A stretch of 64,000 bases of DNA from Polyangiales bacterium. GTDB lineage: Bacteria > Myxococcota_A > Polyangia > Polyangiales > Ga0077539. The notes beneath the pieces are model-generated. The model worked only from the letters and a program-made list of their open reading frames with translations. It was not told where the DNA came from and ran no database searches. A program made the position numbers and the translations under genes. Shown piece by piece: positions 10,575 through 20,235 of this stretch; the first letter of the stretch is position 1; each line of letters begins with the position of its first letter. Where the stretch lies: the NCBI GenBank assembly GCA_044229975.1, contig JBGARZ010000013.1:96001-160000 (forward strand), read 5' to 3'.

Positions 10575-11747
10575 TCAGGGCGTCTCGAAGCGCGCGCGCA
10601 CCCCGAGGGCCGCGCACCGCTCGCGAATCTCCTGCGCGTAGTTGCCGTTCATCACGAGCACGGTCACCTCGCCGCCGAGCGTCGCGAGCCACTCGGGCGC
10701 GTGGATGGCGTGCCCGCTGCCGGGGATGAAGCGTCCCTGCTTCTTGGGGTTCACGTCGACGCCGCCGCGCAGGAGGGTGCCGTCGGGGTCGACGAGGTTG
10801 GCGAACACCACCCCCTTGGTCGCCATGCCCCACAGCACGCACGGCCCTCCAGCGCCCGCCGCGCGCAGCCGCTCCCGCGCGCCGTCGATGCGCCGCTGCT
10901 CGTCGGCGGCGTAGCCCGCGAGGCGCGCCACGGCGTCGGCCCCGTCGAGCGCGGTCGCGTCCTCGTCCCCCGCCTCCCCTTCGGCCCACTGGTACTGGTC
11001 GCCAAACGCGGACCGCGCCGCCGTCAGCGCCACCCCGCCGCGCCGGAGCGCGTGCGCGAAGGTCGGGCGCGTGAAGTAGTTGCAGTGCTCGTAGCAGAAG
11101 TCCCAGAAGGCCCCCTGCGCGATGATCCATTCGAGGTCGGGCACCTCGAAGAACAGGGGCGTCCCGGGGTGTTCGCGCACGCCCGCTACCACCGCGCGGA
11201 TGAAGGGGACGGGCGCGGGGATGTGCTCGATGACGTGGCGGCAGACGACGAGCGACGGGCGCTCGCCCACCAGCTCGGAGCGGAACATCTCGCGCACGAG
11301 CTCGACGGGCCGCTCGGGCGTCGCCGCGCGCGGGGTGCAGCTCGGGTCGACGCCGACCCCGCGAGCGCCCGGAACCTCCGCGCAGAGCACGTCGAGGAAG
11401 GTCCCCTTGCCGCAGCCGACGTCATAGACGGGGGCGCGGGTGAGGTCGCGGGCTGCTGCGAGGTGGCGCGCGATGGAGCGGTAGTAGTCGGTGAAGACCG
11501 CGGACGGGACGTCGTTGTCGTAGCGCGGGTCGTAGACCATCAGCGCCGCGTCGAAGCGGGTGTTGAACGCGAACCCGCACCCGGCGCACACCCCGAGGGT
11601 GAAGGGCGCGCAGGGCGCCGCGAGGGCCTCCTCGCGCGACGGCCACACGAGGTTTTGCATGACGGGGAGGCGGTCGCGGTGGAGGACCGCGACGGGGTCG
11701 GGGCGGTCGCAGACCGGGCACCGCAGCGGGGACCCGGCCGTGGTCAC
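10575..11747 (-). CDS. SAM-dependent methyltransferase (NDP-sugar C-methyltransferase-like)
   Basis: CPVC...CAGC Zn motif, DVGCGKG, RHVIEH, YEHCNYF, WGMATKG, DVNPKKQG; GTG start overlaps the upstream stop (GTGA). Confidence 0.8.
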   Translation of the reverse strand: MTTAGSPLRCPVCDRPDPVAVLHRDRLPVMQNLVWPSREEALAAPCAPFTLGVCAGCGFAFNTRFDAALMVYDPRYDNDVPSAVFTDYYRSIARHLAAARDLTRAPVYDVGCGKGTFLDVLCAEVPGARGVGVDPSCTPRAATPERPVELVREMFRSELVGERPSLVVCRHVIEHIPAPVPFIRAVVAGVREHPGTPLFFEVPDLEWIIAQGAFWDFCYEHCNYFTRPTFAHALRRGGVALTAARSAFGDQYQWAEGEAGDEDATALDGADAVARLAGYAADEQRRIDGARERLRAAGAGGPCVLWGMATKGVVFANLVDPDGTLLRGGVDVNPKKQGRFIPGSGHAIHAPEWLATLGGEVTVLVMNGNYAQEIRERCAALGVRARFETP

Positions 11748-12517
11748 GGGAGGCGCCGGAGCCAGGCGCCGGGCCAGTGGGTGATGTGCTCGCGCACCTC
11801 GCCCTCGTTGAAGACGAAGGGCGGCGGCTCGTCGATGACGAACTCGGGGTGGGCGTCGGCGAACTCGCGCGCCGCGGCGGTGGGGTTGTCGTCCTTCCAC
11901 TCGGGCTTGCCGCGGGGGACGTCATCGAGAAACTGCATGAGCCCGTCGGTGGCGACGATGTACGACCCGGCGGTGACCAGCGGGGCGTAGGCGGCGAGCT
12001 CGTCGGCGACGTGCTGCTTGGTGTGGTTGGAGTCGAGAAACACCAGCACCTTCTGGCCCGGCTTGATGAGCCCGCGCACGCGCTCGACGATGCTCGGGTC
12101 GGTGGAGCTGCCTTCGAGCAGGGTGATGGACGACGACAGCTCGTGGGCCTCGATGGCGGCGCGGTTGTGCGGGCGGATCTCGATGTCGACGCCGATGATG
12201 CGCCCCGGGTTGCCCATCATCTTGAGCAGGCTGGCGTTGTAGATGAGCGAGCCGCCGTGGGCGACGCCGGTCTCCACGATGACGTCGGGCTTCACGCGGT
12301 AGATGACCTCCTGCGCGCGAACCATGTCCTCGGGGAGCTGGATGATGGGGCGCCCCATCCAGGTGAACGAGTAGATGTGCTTGAGGGCCCAGCCGACCTG
12401 AATCCACACCCGCGAGATCGCCGAGAACGCCTCGCGGCTGTACAGCGGGAGCGAGCGGGCGCCGGTGGCATCCTCGCAGGCGACGGTTCTGGCTTCGGTG
12501 TCGATGGTCAGCTTCAT
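11744..12517 (-). CDS. Cephalosporin hydroxylase (CmcI)-family / sugar O-methyltransferase
   Basis: FTWMGRPIIQLPEDM, ETGVAHGGS, LDSNHT. Confidence 0.88.
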   Translation of the reverse strand: MKLTIDTEARTVACEDATGARSLPLYSREAFSAISRVWIQVGWALKHIYSFTWMGRPIIQLPEDMVRAQEVIYRVKPDVIVETGVAHGGSLIYNASLLKMMGNPGRIIGVDIEIRPHNRAAIEAHELSSSITLLEGSSTDPSIVERVRGLIKPGQKVLVFLDSNHTKQHVADELAAYAPLVTAGSYIVATDGLMQFLDDVPRGKPEWKDDNPTAAAREFADAHPEFVIDEPPPFVFNEGEVREHITHWPGAWLRRLP

Positions 12518-12754
12518 GGGGGTATTGGGTGCTTCCTCGAAGGGCGTGGACGCTCTCGCACGGCGGCGCTCGTTGTCAACGCCGACGGCGGTCGCCGGGC
12601 GTCGATGGCAGCCATGCGTTGCGGCTCCGGGCGCGGGTCATTCACCATTGACTGCCGCGGGTGCTCGGGCATTGTCCGCCGCCGATGAATCCGGGCGCGC
12701 CGGCGCGCCACGGACCGCGAAGCGAACACCGCACGACGCCGGAGCGAGCAACCC

Positions 12755-13555
12755 ATGAAGGTCATCATCTTGTGCGGGGGCCAGGGCACCCGGATCCGCG
12801 ACGCCAACGAGCTCGTCCCCAAGCCCCTGCTCGCCATCGGCGACCGGCCGATGGTCTGGCACATCATGAAGTCGTACGCGACGCACGGCTTCACCGACTT
12901 CGTGCTCGCCCTCGGCTTCAAGGGCTGGCTCATCAAGGAGTACTTCCTCAACTACCGCTCGATGACGGCCGACCTGCGGGTCTCGCTCGGGCGCACCGAG
13001 GCCGTCGAGGTGCTCGACCGCCACGCCTCCGAGGACTGGTCGGTCACCCTCGCCGAGACGGGGGAACACACCATGACCGGCGGGCGCGTCGCGGCCCTCC
13101 GCCGCTACGTCGAAAACGACGACCTGTTCATGGTCACCTACGGCGACGGGGTGTCCGACGTCGACATCGGCAAGCTCGTGGCCTTCCACCGATCGCACGG
13201 CAAGGTCGCCACGGTGACGGCCGTGCACCCGCCGGGTCGCTTCGGCGAGCTGGGTATCCGCGACGGGCTCGTGCAGGAGTTCAACGAGAAGCCACAGACG
13301 ACCCTCGGGTTCATCAACGGGGGCTTCATGGTCTTCGACGCGAAGCGCGCGTGGGACTACATCCCGACGGGCAATCCCGGCCTCGTGCTGGAGGTCGAGC
13401 CGCTCCAGTCGCTGGCCAACGCGGGCGAGCTGGTCGCGTACGAGCACCACGGGTTCTGGCAGCCGATGGACACGCTGCGCGAGTACACCCAGCTCAACCA
13501 GCAGTGGGCCTCGGGCAACGCGCCGTGGAAGACCTGGGCCGACGACCCCCGCTGA
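12755..13555 (+). CDS. rfbF: Glucose-1-phosphate cytidylyltransferase
   Basis: ILCGGQGTR, PKP, TMTGGR, TYGDGVSD, GFWQPMDTLRE. Confidence 0.93.
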   Translation: MKVIILCGGQGTRIRDANELVPKPLLAIGDRPMVWHIMKSYATHGFTDFVLALGFKGWLIKEYFLNYRSMTADLRVSLGRTEAVEVLDRHASEDWSVTLAETGEHTMTGGRVAALRRYVENDDLFMVTYGDGVSDVDIGKLVAFHRSHGKVATVTAVHPPGRFGELGIRDGLVQEFNEKPQTTLGFINGGFMVFDAKRAWDYIPTGNPGLVLEVEPLQSLANAGELVAYEHHGFWQPMDTLREYTQLNQQWASGNAPWKTWADDPR

Positions 13556-13598
13556 GGGCCTCGACGACCCCCTCCGACTACACCAACAGGATGTCCCC

Positions 13599-14831
13599 AT
13601 GACTGAAGGCCGAACGTTTCGCTGCTGGTCCTGCCAGGGCAACCGACTGACCCCGGTGCTCGACCTGGGGCGCACCCCGCTCGCCAACTCGCTCGTCCCC
13701 GAAGGCGCGCTGCACCACACCGACCCGACCTTCCCGTTGGAGCTGGCCTGGTGCGCCGACTGCTCCCTCGTGCAGATCACCGACTCGGTGCCGCCCGAAG
13801 ACCTCTTCCGCGACTACCTCTATTTCTCGTCCTACTCCGACACCATGCTCCTGCACGCGGAGTCGCTCGTCGAGCGCATGATCCGCGAGCGCTCCCTCGA
13901 CCCGCACTCGCTCGTCGTCGAGGTCGCCAGCAACGACGGCTACCTGTTGAAGTTCTACAAGCGCGCCGGGGTGCAGGTGCTCGGCGTCGAGCCCGCGGTC
14001 AACGTCGCCAAGGTCGCCGTCGAAGAGCACGGCATCCCGACCGTCACCGAGTTCTTCGGCGACGACCTCGCGGGTCGGCTGCGGTCCGAGGGGCGGCGCG
14101 CGTCGGTGATGCACGCCAACAACGTGCTGGCCCACGTGCCCGACCTCAACGGCTTCGTGCGCGGCTTCAAGACCCTGCTCGCCGACGACGGCGTGGCCAT
14201 CTTCGAGGCGCCGTACGTGCGCGACATGGTCGAGGGCGTGGCCTTCGACACGATCTACCACGAGCACCTCTGCTACTACTCGCTGACGGCCCTCGACGCG
14301 CTCTTCCGCCGCAACGGGCTGGTCATCGCGCACGTCGAGCGGCTCGCCATCCACGGCGGCTCGCTGCGCATCTTCGCCACGCACAACGAGACGCCCGACG
14401 AGACGGTGACGTCGATGCTCGCCGACGAGCACGCCCTCGGCATCGACGGCCTCGCGTACTACGAGGTCTTCGCGCGGCGGGTGCAGCACCTGCGGGTCAC
14501 GCTCACCGGGCTCCTGCGCGACCTGAAGGCCGCCGGGCGCACCATCGCGGCGTACGGCGCCAGCGCCAAGGGCAGCACGCTGCTCAACGCCTTCGGCATC
14601 GGCCGTGAGGTGCTCGACTTCGTGGTCGACCGATCGCCCCACAAGCAGGGGCTCTACACCGCCGGCACGCACATCCCCATCCGCGCGCCGGAGGCTCTCG
14701 TCAGCGCGCGCCCCGACTACGCGCTCCTGCTCACCTGGAACTTCGCCGACGAGATCCTCGCCCAGCAGGAGGAGTACCGCGCGGGGGGTGGTCGCTTCAT
14801 CGTTCCGGTGCCGCAGGTGCGGGTGCTGTGA
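13599..14831 (+). CDS. NDP-hexose C3-methyltransferase-like protein
   Basis: CWSC...LDLG.TPLAN, EVASNDGYLL, NNVLAHVPD, FDTIYHEH, YGASAKG. Confidence 0.88.
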   Translation: MTEGRTFRCWSCQGNRLTPVLDLGRTPLANSLVPEGALHHTDPTFPLELAWCADCSLVQITDSVPPEDLFRDYLYFSSYSDTMLLHAESLVERMIRERSLDPHSLVVEVASNDGYLLKFYKRAGVQVLGVEPAVNVAKVAVEEHGIPTVTEFFGDDLAGRLRSEGRRASVMHANNVLAHVPDLNGFVRGFKTLLADDGVAIFEAPYVRDMVEGVAFDTIYHEHLCYYSLTALDALFRRNGLVIAHVERLAIHGGSLRIFATHNETPDETVTSMLADEHALGIDGLAYYEVFARRVQHLRVTLTGLLRDLKAAGRTIAAYGASAKGSTLLNAFGIGREVLDFVVDRSPHKQGLYTAGTHIPIRAPEALVSARPDYALLLTWNFADEILAQQEEYRAGGGRFIVPVPQVRVL

Positions 14832-15358
14832 GGTTCACCGAGACGCCCATCCGCGGCGCGTGGGTGGTCGACCTCGAACGCATCGAGGACGAGCGAGGGT
14901 TCTTCGCGCGGACGTGGTGCGCGAAGGAGTTCGCCGAGCACGGGATGCACGCCCAGCTCGCGCAGTGCTCGGTGTCCTTCAACACCAAGAAGAACACCCT
15001 CCGCGGGATGCACTTCCAGAGGGCCCCGCACGAGGAGGCCAAGCTGGTGAGCTGCCCCCGCGGTCGCATCTGGGACGTGGTGCTCGACCTGCGGCGCGAC
15101 TCGGAGACGTTCTGCCGGTGGCACGGCGTCGAGCTGTCGCCGGAGAATTACCGGGCGTTGTATGTTCCGCCGGGGTGCGCGCACGGGATGGTGACGCTGG
15201 AGGACGACACGCTCGTCGCCTACCAGATCTCCGTCGCGTACGTGGCGGGTCACCAGGCCGCGGTGCGCTGGGACGACCCCGCGTTTGGCATCACCTGGCC
15301 GACGACGTCGCCGATTCTGTCCGAGCGCGACCGATCGCTGCCGGACTTCGTTCGATGA
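14828..15358 (+). CDS. rfbC: NDP-4-keto-6-deoxyhexose 3,5-epimerase
   Basis: DERGFFAR, TLRGMHFQ, YVPPGCAHG, RWDDPAFGI. Confidence 0.92.
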   Translation: MRFTETPIRGAWVVDLERIEDERGFFARTWCAKEFAEHGMHAQLAQCSVSFNTKKNTLRGMHFQRAPHEEAKLVSCPRGRIWDVVLDLRRDSETFCRWHGVELSPENYRALYVPPGCAHGMVTLEDDTLVAYQISVAYVAGHQAAVRWDDPAFGITWPTTSPILSERDRSLPDFVR

Positions 15359-16266
15359 AGGTGCTGGTCACCGGAGCCGCGGGCTTCGTCGGCTCGCAGG
15401 TCGTGCGACAGCTCGTGGCGGGCGGCGACGAGGTGGTGGCGCTCTTCCGCCCGGGCGAGTCCACCGCGCGTGTCACCGACGTACTGCCGCGGCTCACGGC
15501 GCGCGACATCGACCTCGCCGACCACGCCGCGCTCGCTGCGATGGTGGCCGCCGAGCGCCCCGCCGCGTGCCTCCACACCGCCTGGAACGCCGAGCCCGGC
15601 AAGTACCTCCACTCGCGCGAAAACCTGCGACTGGTGGAGGCGTCGCACCGCCTCGCGGAGGCGCTCGCCGACCACGGGTGCGCGCGCTTCGTGGGCGTCG
15701 GGACCAACGCCGAGTACGACACCAGCTACGGCTACCTCTCCGAGCGAACACCCACGGCACCGGGGTACCTGTACTCGGCGTGCAAGCTGGGTCTCTCGCA
15801 CTCGCTCGCGCAGCTCGGGTTGCTCACCGGGATGCAGGTCGCGTGGGCGCGGTTGTTCTATCTGTACGGGCCGTGGGAAGACCCGCGGCGGCTGGTGTCG
15901 TCGGTGGCGCGCGCGCTCTTGGAGGGGCGCGAGGCGCCGTGCAGCGAGGGCTCGCAGGTGCGGGACTTCCTGCACGTGGCCGACGTCGCGGGCGCGCTGG
16001 TGGCGGTGCTGCGCTCGGGGCTGACGGGTGCGGTCAACGTGGGGTCGGGCGAGCCGGTGACGGTGCGCGAGGTGGTCACGCGGCTGGGTGCCATCATCGG
16101 GCGCCCGGAGCTGCTGCGGCCGGGCGTGATCGCGGTGAAGGCGGGTGAACCGCCGTTTGTGTGCGCCGACAATGGCAAGCTGAGGGCCGAGACCGGGTGG
16201 GCGCCTACGTTCACGCTGGAGCGCGGACTGACCGACACCGTGGACTGGTGGCGCGCACGAGGCTGA
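15355..16266 (+). CDS. NAD-dependent epimerase/dehydratase (probable 4-keto reductase)
   Basis: MKVLVTGAAGFVG, YSACK (YxxxK), RDFLHVADVA; ATGA overlap with rfbC. Confidence 0.88.
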   Translation: MKVLVTGAAGFVGSQVVRQLVAGGDEVVALFRPGESTARVTDVLPRLTARDIDLADHAALAAMVAAERPAACLHTAWNAEPGKYLHSRENLRLVEASHRLAEALADHGCARFVGVGTNAEYDTSYGYLSERTPTAPGYLYSACKLGLSHSLAQLGLLTGMQVAWARLFYLYGPWEDPRRLVSSVARALLEGREAPCSEGSQVRDFLHVADVAGALVAVLRSGLTGAVNVGSGEPVTVREVVTRLGAIIGRPELLRPGVIAVKAGEPPFVCADNGKLRAETGWAPTFTLERGLTDTVDWWRARG

Positions 16267-16305
16267 ACTCCACCGTCGGCACATCCGACGTGCTCAGCGC
16301 GACGA

Positions 16306-16475
16306 GAGAGAAGCCGCAAGGACGCGAGGGTCGCAAGGGAGCCGAAGGATGAGGGGCTCGGACCGTTGGTCCTACGTCGCGAAACCTTGATCCAATACCT
16401 CGCTAGACCGACGGCTCTCTTGCCGTGAGCCTTCGTCTTCCTTGCGACCCTTGCGTCCTTGCGACTGCTTCTCTC
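16306..16475. repeat. Dispersed inverted-repeat element, copy 1 ((CGCAAGGG)n core)
   Basis: Arm 16306-16348 GAGAGAAGCCGCAAGGACGCGAGGGTCGCAAGGGAGCCGAAGG is near-complementary to 16430-16475. Confidence 0.85.
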
Positions 16476-16533
16476 CCCACACGCGACGTCGCCCCCGTGA
16501 CGGCGACCTCCGCTTCTGCGACAACCGCGGCCC

Positions 16534-17745
16534 ATGCGTCGCCCGCTCCGCCTCATCGCTCTCGCCTCGCTCGTCCTCGTCGCCGGGTGCAGCATCGACT
16601 TCGACCGCTTCCTCGAAAGCCGCGTCGCCGACGCGGGCACCGCGCCCGAAGCGGGCACGCCGATGGACACTGGCGCCGTCACGCCAATGGACACGGGCAC
16701 CGTCACCCCGATGGATACCGGCACGCCGCCGCGCGACACCGGCGTCGTCACCCCGACGGACAACGGCGTCACCCCGCCGCGTGACGTTCCGGTCGGTCCG
16801 GCGACGTGCCGCGCGCCGTACCTCCTCGCCGCCGCCGAGAACCTCGACACGGGCGCCGGTCGACTGCTGCGCTGGTCCTTCGCGGACGACCGCCGCTGCG
16901 ACGACCTGGTGCTCACGATCCAGCGACCGCACGCCGTCGGCGTGGCCTACGACACCATCGCCGACCTCGGCGGCCCGCAGCTCATCGTGGTCAACGACGA
17001 GTCCGTCAGCATCGTCGACCCGACCGACGGCGCGACCATCCGCGACGTCTCGGTCGCCGGGTCTCCGCGCTCGGTCTTCGACATCGTCGCCAACGGAGAA
17101 GGCACCTTCGCCGTCGCCTACTCGGCGATGGGGGACTCGCCCCCCGGCAGCGTCGGCTCGGTGGGGGTCTTCGACCACCGCGGCGGCAACCTCCGCCTGC
17201 TGCGAACCTGGATGCGGAACGCACAGTTCGGGCTCAGCGTGATGTCGATGACCGGGTACCCGGGCAACCAGGGCCAGTACCTCCTGGTGCAGTTCGCGGA
17301 GGGCGGCAGCGGCTACTCGGCCTTCGTCACCTCCCCGACGAGCTCGGGGTTTCACCCGCGCACCACGCCCGCGCTCATCGCCGACCGGCAGAACGTCCGC
17401 GCCATCAGCGCCTACCGCACCGTCGACCGCCGCGGCCACTACGCCGTGACCATGTCCAACGGCACCGTTACCCCGACGGTCTACCTCGCCAGCACCAACG
17501 TCTCGTCGTCGTCGCTGACCAACGTCTTCGTCCCGACGGTGCGCTGCTCCGACCCCTGCCCCAACATCACCCGCGCCGTCGCCTTCCCCGACGAAAACGA
17601 CCAGGCCGCCGCCATCTGCGAGCTCACCGGCACCTCGTACACCGTGACGCGCGTCGGCGGCGCCGGCACCGGCTGCCGCATGCTCGACACCGACGCAACG
17701 CCAGGCCGCTGGCGCATCCACGACCTCGCCGTGATGACCCGCTAG
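16534..17745 (+). CDS. Lipoprotein with PMDTG-repeat linker and beta-rich domain
   Basis: Lipobox VAGC; repeats PMDTGAVT/PMDTGTVT/PMDTGTPP. Confidence 0.7.
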   Translation: MRRPLRLIALASLVLVAGCSIDFDRFLESRVADAGTAPEAGTPMDTGAVTPMDTGTVTPMDTGTPPRDTGVVTPTDNGVTPPRDVPVGPATCRAPYLLAAAENLDTGAGRLLRWSFADDRRCDDLVLTIQRPHAVGVAYDTIADLGGPQLIVVNDESVSIVDPTDGATIRDVSVAGSPRSVFDIVANGEGTFAVAYSAMGDSPPGSVGSVGVFDHRGGNLRLLRTWMRNAQFGLSVMSMTGYPGNQGQYLLVQFAEGGSGYSAFVTSPTSSGFHPRTTPALIADRQNVRAISAYRTVDRRGHYAVTMSNGTVTPTVYLASTNVSSSSLTNVFVPTVRCSDPCPNITRAVAFPDENDQAAAICELTGTSYTVTRVGGAGTGCRMLDTDATPGRWRIHDLAVMTR

Positions 17746-17840
17746 TAGAGCCGGGCCCCCGTCGAAGGCCCTCACCAACACCCGCCGCTTCTCGCGCCCC
17801 CGGTGCTCGCGAACAACGACCGGACGCTGGGCGACTCGAC

Positions 17841-19322
17841 CTACGAGGTGCGGCGGGTGCGCTTCTTCGCGGCGACACGCACGCGCGTGGTGGGGGCGTT
17901 CTTCCAGAGGCGCTCGTAGGCGCGGAAGGTCTCTGCCGGTCGACGGAGCGGATGGCTCACACGGTAGAGCTCATCGAAGATCACGTCGGCGACGAGAGCG
18001 GGCTCGGCGTTCCAGAGGCGAGCGCGGCCGAAGGTCAGCGCGATGGGACCCATGTCGCCCCGAAGCACCAGGAGCAGGTCAGAGGCCCAGCATTCGAGGC
18101 CCAGGAGATAGGCGCTCTCGGGGTCGTCGACGTCGACGCGGCGGAAGACGCACGCGGACGGCACGTACTCGAACACATGCCGGCGCGCCCCGTCGCGGAG
18201 CGCAAACGCAAAGGTCGGCCGGCGCCCCTCGGACTCGCCCGCCATCATGGAATAGAGGTACCGAAAAAGCGGACCGCCCACCAGCGCGCAGGCGAGCTCA
18301 TGGAGTCCTTCTTCGATGCGCCGGAGGTCACCGCGGCCGAGCGCAGGTGCTCCGCTCGCGGGTGCAAAATCCGGGAGCGGGCCGAGGTGGGCTGGCTCGC
18401 GCGAAGGCCAGACGTCGCGCGGCTCGGTCGCGAGAAAGTCGGTCGACGCGTCGACGCGCACGAGCCGATGGCCCTCCATCCAGAACGTCTGCCCAGGGAG
18501 TGTGGAGACGAACTTCTCGCGCGGATGGGCGCGCTCGAGCAATGCGCAGGCGCGATCGCAGTCGATGGGAAACACGCGCCGATTGAGCCACGCCCGCTCG
18601 CCGTAGAACGAGAACCCGCCCGCGCACAGCAGCGTCGCGGCGGGCCGTCCCCACGTCGCGCGAACGAGCTCGCGACCGACCCCCATCCGCGCCGCGCACG
18701 CCTCCGTGCTGCCGCTCATCTCGTCGACGAAGTCGGTCATGTGACTCCAGTCGAGGGCGTTGTTGGTCCAGGTGACCAGCCCCGGCTTCGCGAGCACGCC
18801 CTTGGCGAGGAGGAGGTGACGCTCGGTCGGTGTGATGTCGACCATCGAGAAGAAACTCCCGGCGCCGCCCGCGTCGCGCACGAGCAGCGGGAGCGTGTCC
18901 CATTCGTCGCCGCAGTCGACGTTCACGTGATCTCCGGCCAGCGGGATGACCTCCAGATCGTCGAAGGTGACGGGCACCCCAGGCTCGAGCGGCACCACCC
19001 GGAACCCCATCTCGCGAAGGATGCGGTGCGCGGCGCTCGACGAGCGGGCGGACAGATGGACGGGGATCTTGCGGCTCAGCCGGGCGAGGGACGGAATGTC
19101 GAAATGGTCGTCGTGCTCGTGCGTGAGCACCACCGCATCCAGCGCGGGGAAGCGTGCGAGGTCGAGCCGCCGGGGCGGAAACACCCGGTACTCGAGCGCA
19201 TGCTGCGCGCCGAAGTGCTCGCACAGCAGCGGGTCGACCGCGACGCACGCGCGATCGGAGCGAAAGAGCCAACCCTGATGACCGAGAAACGTGACGGCGA
19301 ACACGGGCGCGCATGGTGCCAC
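17841..19322 (-). CDS. MBL-fold metallo-hydrolase/oxygenase-like protein
   Basis: VTFLGHQGW, VDPLL, LTHEHDDHFD motif; start uncertain (GTG at 19322 or 19304). Confidence 0.7.
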   Translation of the reverse strand: MAPCAPVFAVTFLGHQGWLFRSDRACVAVDPLLCEHFGAQHALEYRVFPPRRLDLARFPALDAVVLTHEHDDHFDIPSLARLSRKIPVHLSARSSSAAHRILREMGFRVVPLEPGVPVTFDDLEVIPLAGDHVNVDCGDEWDTLPLLVRDAGGAGSFFSMVDITPTERHLLLAKGVLAKPGLVTWTNNALDWSHMTDFVDEMSGSTEACAARMGVGRELVRATWGRPAATLLCAGGFSFYGERAWLNRRVFPIDCDRACALLERAHPREKFVSTLPGQTFWMEGHRLVRVDASTDFLATEPRDVWPSREPAHLGPLPDFAPASGAPALGRGDLRRIEEGLHELACALVGGPLFRYLYSMMAGESEGRRPTFAFALRDGARRHVFEYVPSACVFRRVDVDDPESAYLLGLECWASDLLLVLRGDMGPIALTFGRARLWNAEPALVADVIFDELYRVSHPLRRPAETFRAYERLWKNAPTTRVRVAAKKRTRRTS

Positions 19323-19389
19323 GAACCGTCGCGCGCGGTTCGAGGGGAGTGCCTTCACCTCGATGGGCTCCTTGGTAATTTCACGTCCT

Positions 19390-19869
19390 GTGAGCCTGAA
19401 CCTCAAGACCGAGACCGAGCGTGTGGTCGACGTCCTCCAGCGAGCCGAGGTCGACTTTGCGATCTGCGGCGGCATCGCGGTCACGATGCATGGCGCGCCC
19501 CGGTTCACCCGCCACATCGACCTGTTGATTCGTGCGGAGGACGAGCCGCGAGCCATCGTCGCCGTCGCGCGAGCGGGCTTCGACCTCCCCGCCGATCCGA
19601 TGGTGTTCGATGCAAGCGGCCCCCTCGAAGGTCGCATCCTTCGGGTCTCCAAGGCGGAGGGCTCCGACCTCCTCACGCTCGCCCTCATCGTCGCGTCGCC
19701 CAGCTTCGAGGACGTGTGGAGCACGCGGGTGTTGGTCGAGTGGGAAGGTCGAAGGGTTCCGGTCGTGTCGGTCGAAGGACTGATCCCGATGAAGCGCGTC
19801 GCGGGTCGCCCGCAGGACCTCGTCGACATCGACAACCTGTCCGCACTGACCGCGACACCGGAGGAGTGA
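19390..19869 (+). CDS. Minimal nucleotidyltransferase (DUF6036/AbiEii-like)
   Basis: CGGIAVTMHGAPRFTRHIDLL; C-terminal LIPMKRVAGRPQDLVDI. Confidence 0.8.
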   Translation: MSLNLKTETERVVDVLQRAEVDFAICGGIAVTMHGAPRFTRHIDLLIRAEDEPRAIVAVARAGFDLPADPMVFDASGPLEGRILRVSKAEGSDLLTLALIVASPSFEDVWSTRVLVEWEGRRVPVVSVEGLIPMKRVAGRPQDLVDIDNLSALTATPEE

Positions 19870-19871
19870 CC

Positions 19872-20045
19872 ATGGCATCGCGCACCGTCGACATGTCCCC
19901 GGCGGCGATCTCGCGACGCCTCGAAGAGCTCGCCCAGCTCTACGAGATGGCCCGCTCGCTCAAGCGCGCACGGGTGATCGGTCCGCTGCGGTCGGCCGTC
20001 GCGGAGGCCGCTCCTGCGCTCGCAGCGGAGGACGAGACGACGTGA
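19872..20045 (+). CDS. 57-aa helical protein, putative partner of the nucleotidyltransferase
   Basis: GGAGGAG RBS; MASRTVDMSPAAISRRLEELAQLYEMARSLKRAR; begins 2 nt after the NTase stop. Confidence 0.6.
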   Translation: MASRTVDMSPAAISRRLEELAQLYEMARSLKRARVIGPLRSAVAEAAPALAAEDETT

Positions 20046-20235
20046 CCGCGGACGCCCAGACTGCGAAGTTCACCCGCAAGCGGGCGACCTCGAGCTCATG
20101 CTCATAGGAGATCCAACGGGGGAGGCTTGCGAGCACAGATCCACCGGAGGTTACAGATCGCCCAGACCGCGAAGTGCCCCTCTCCGTGACGTGCGGCGGG
20201 AGCTCTACGCGCAGTCGTTGGAGAGCTCGCTGGCG

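Noticed and set aside
16806..20045. 1079-aa ORF
   Set aside because: Arg/Pro-rich shadow frame over real genes; only its last 57 codons look genuine
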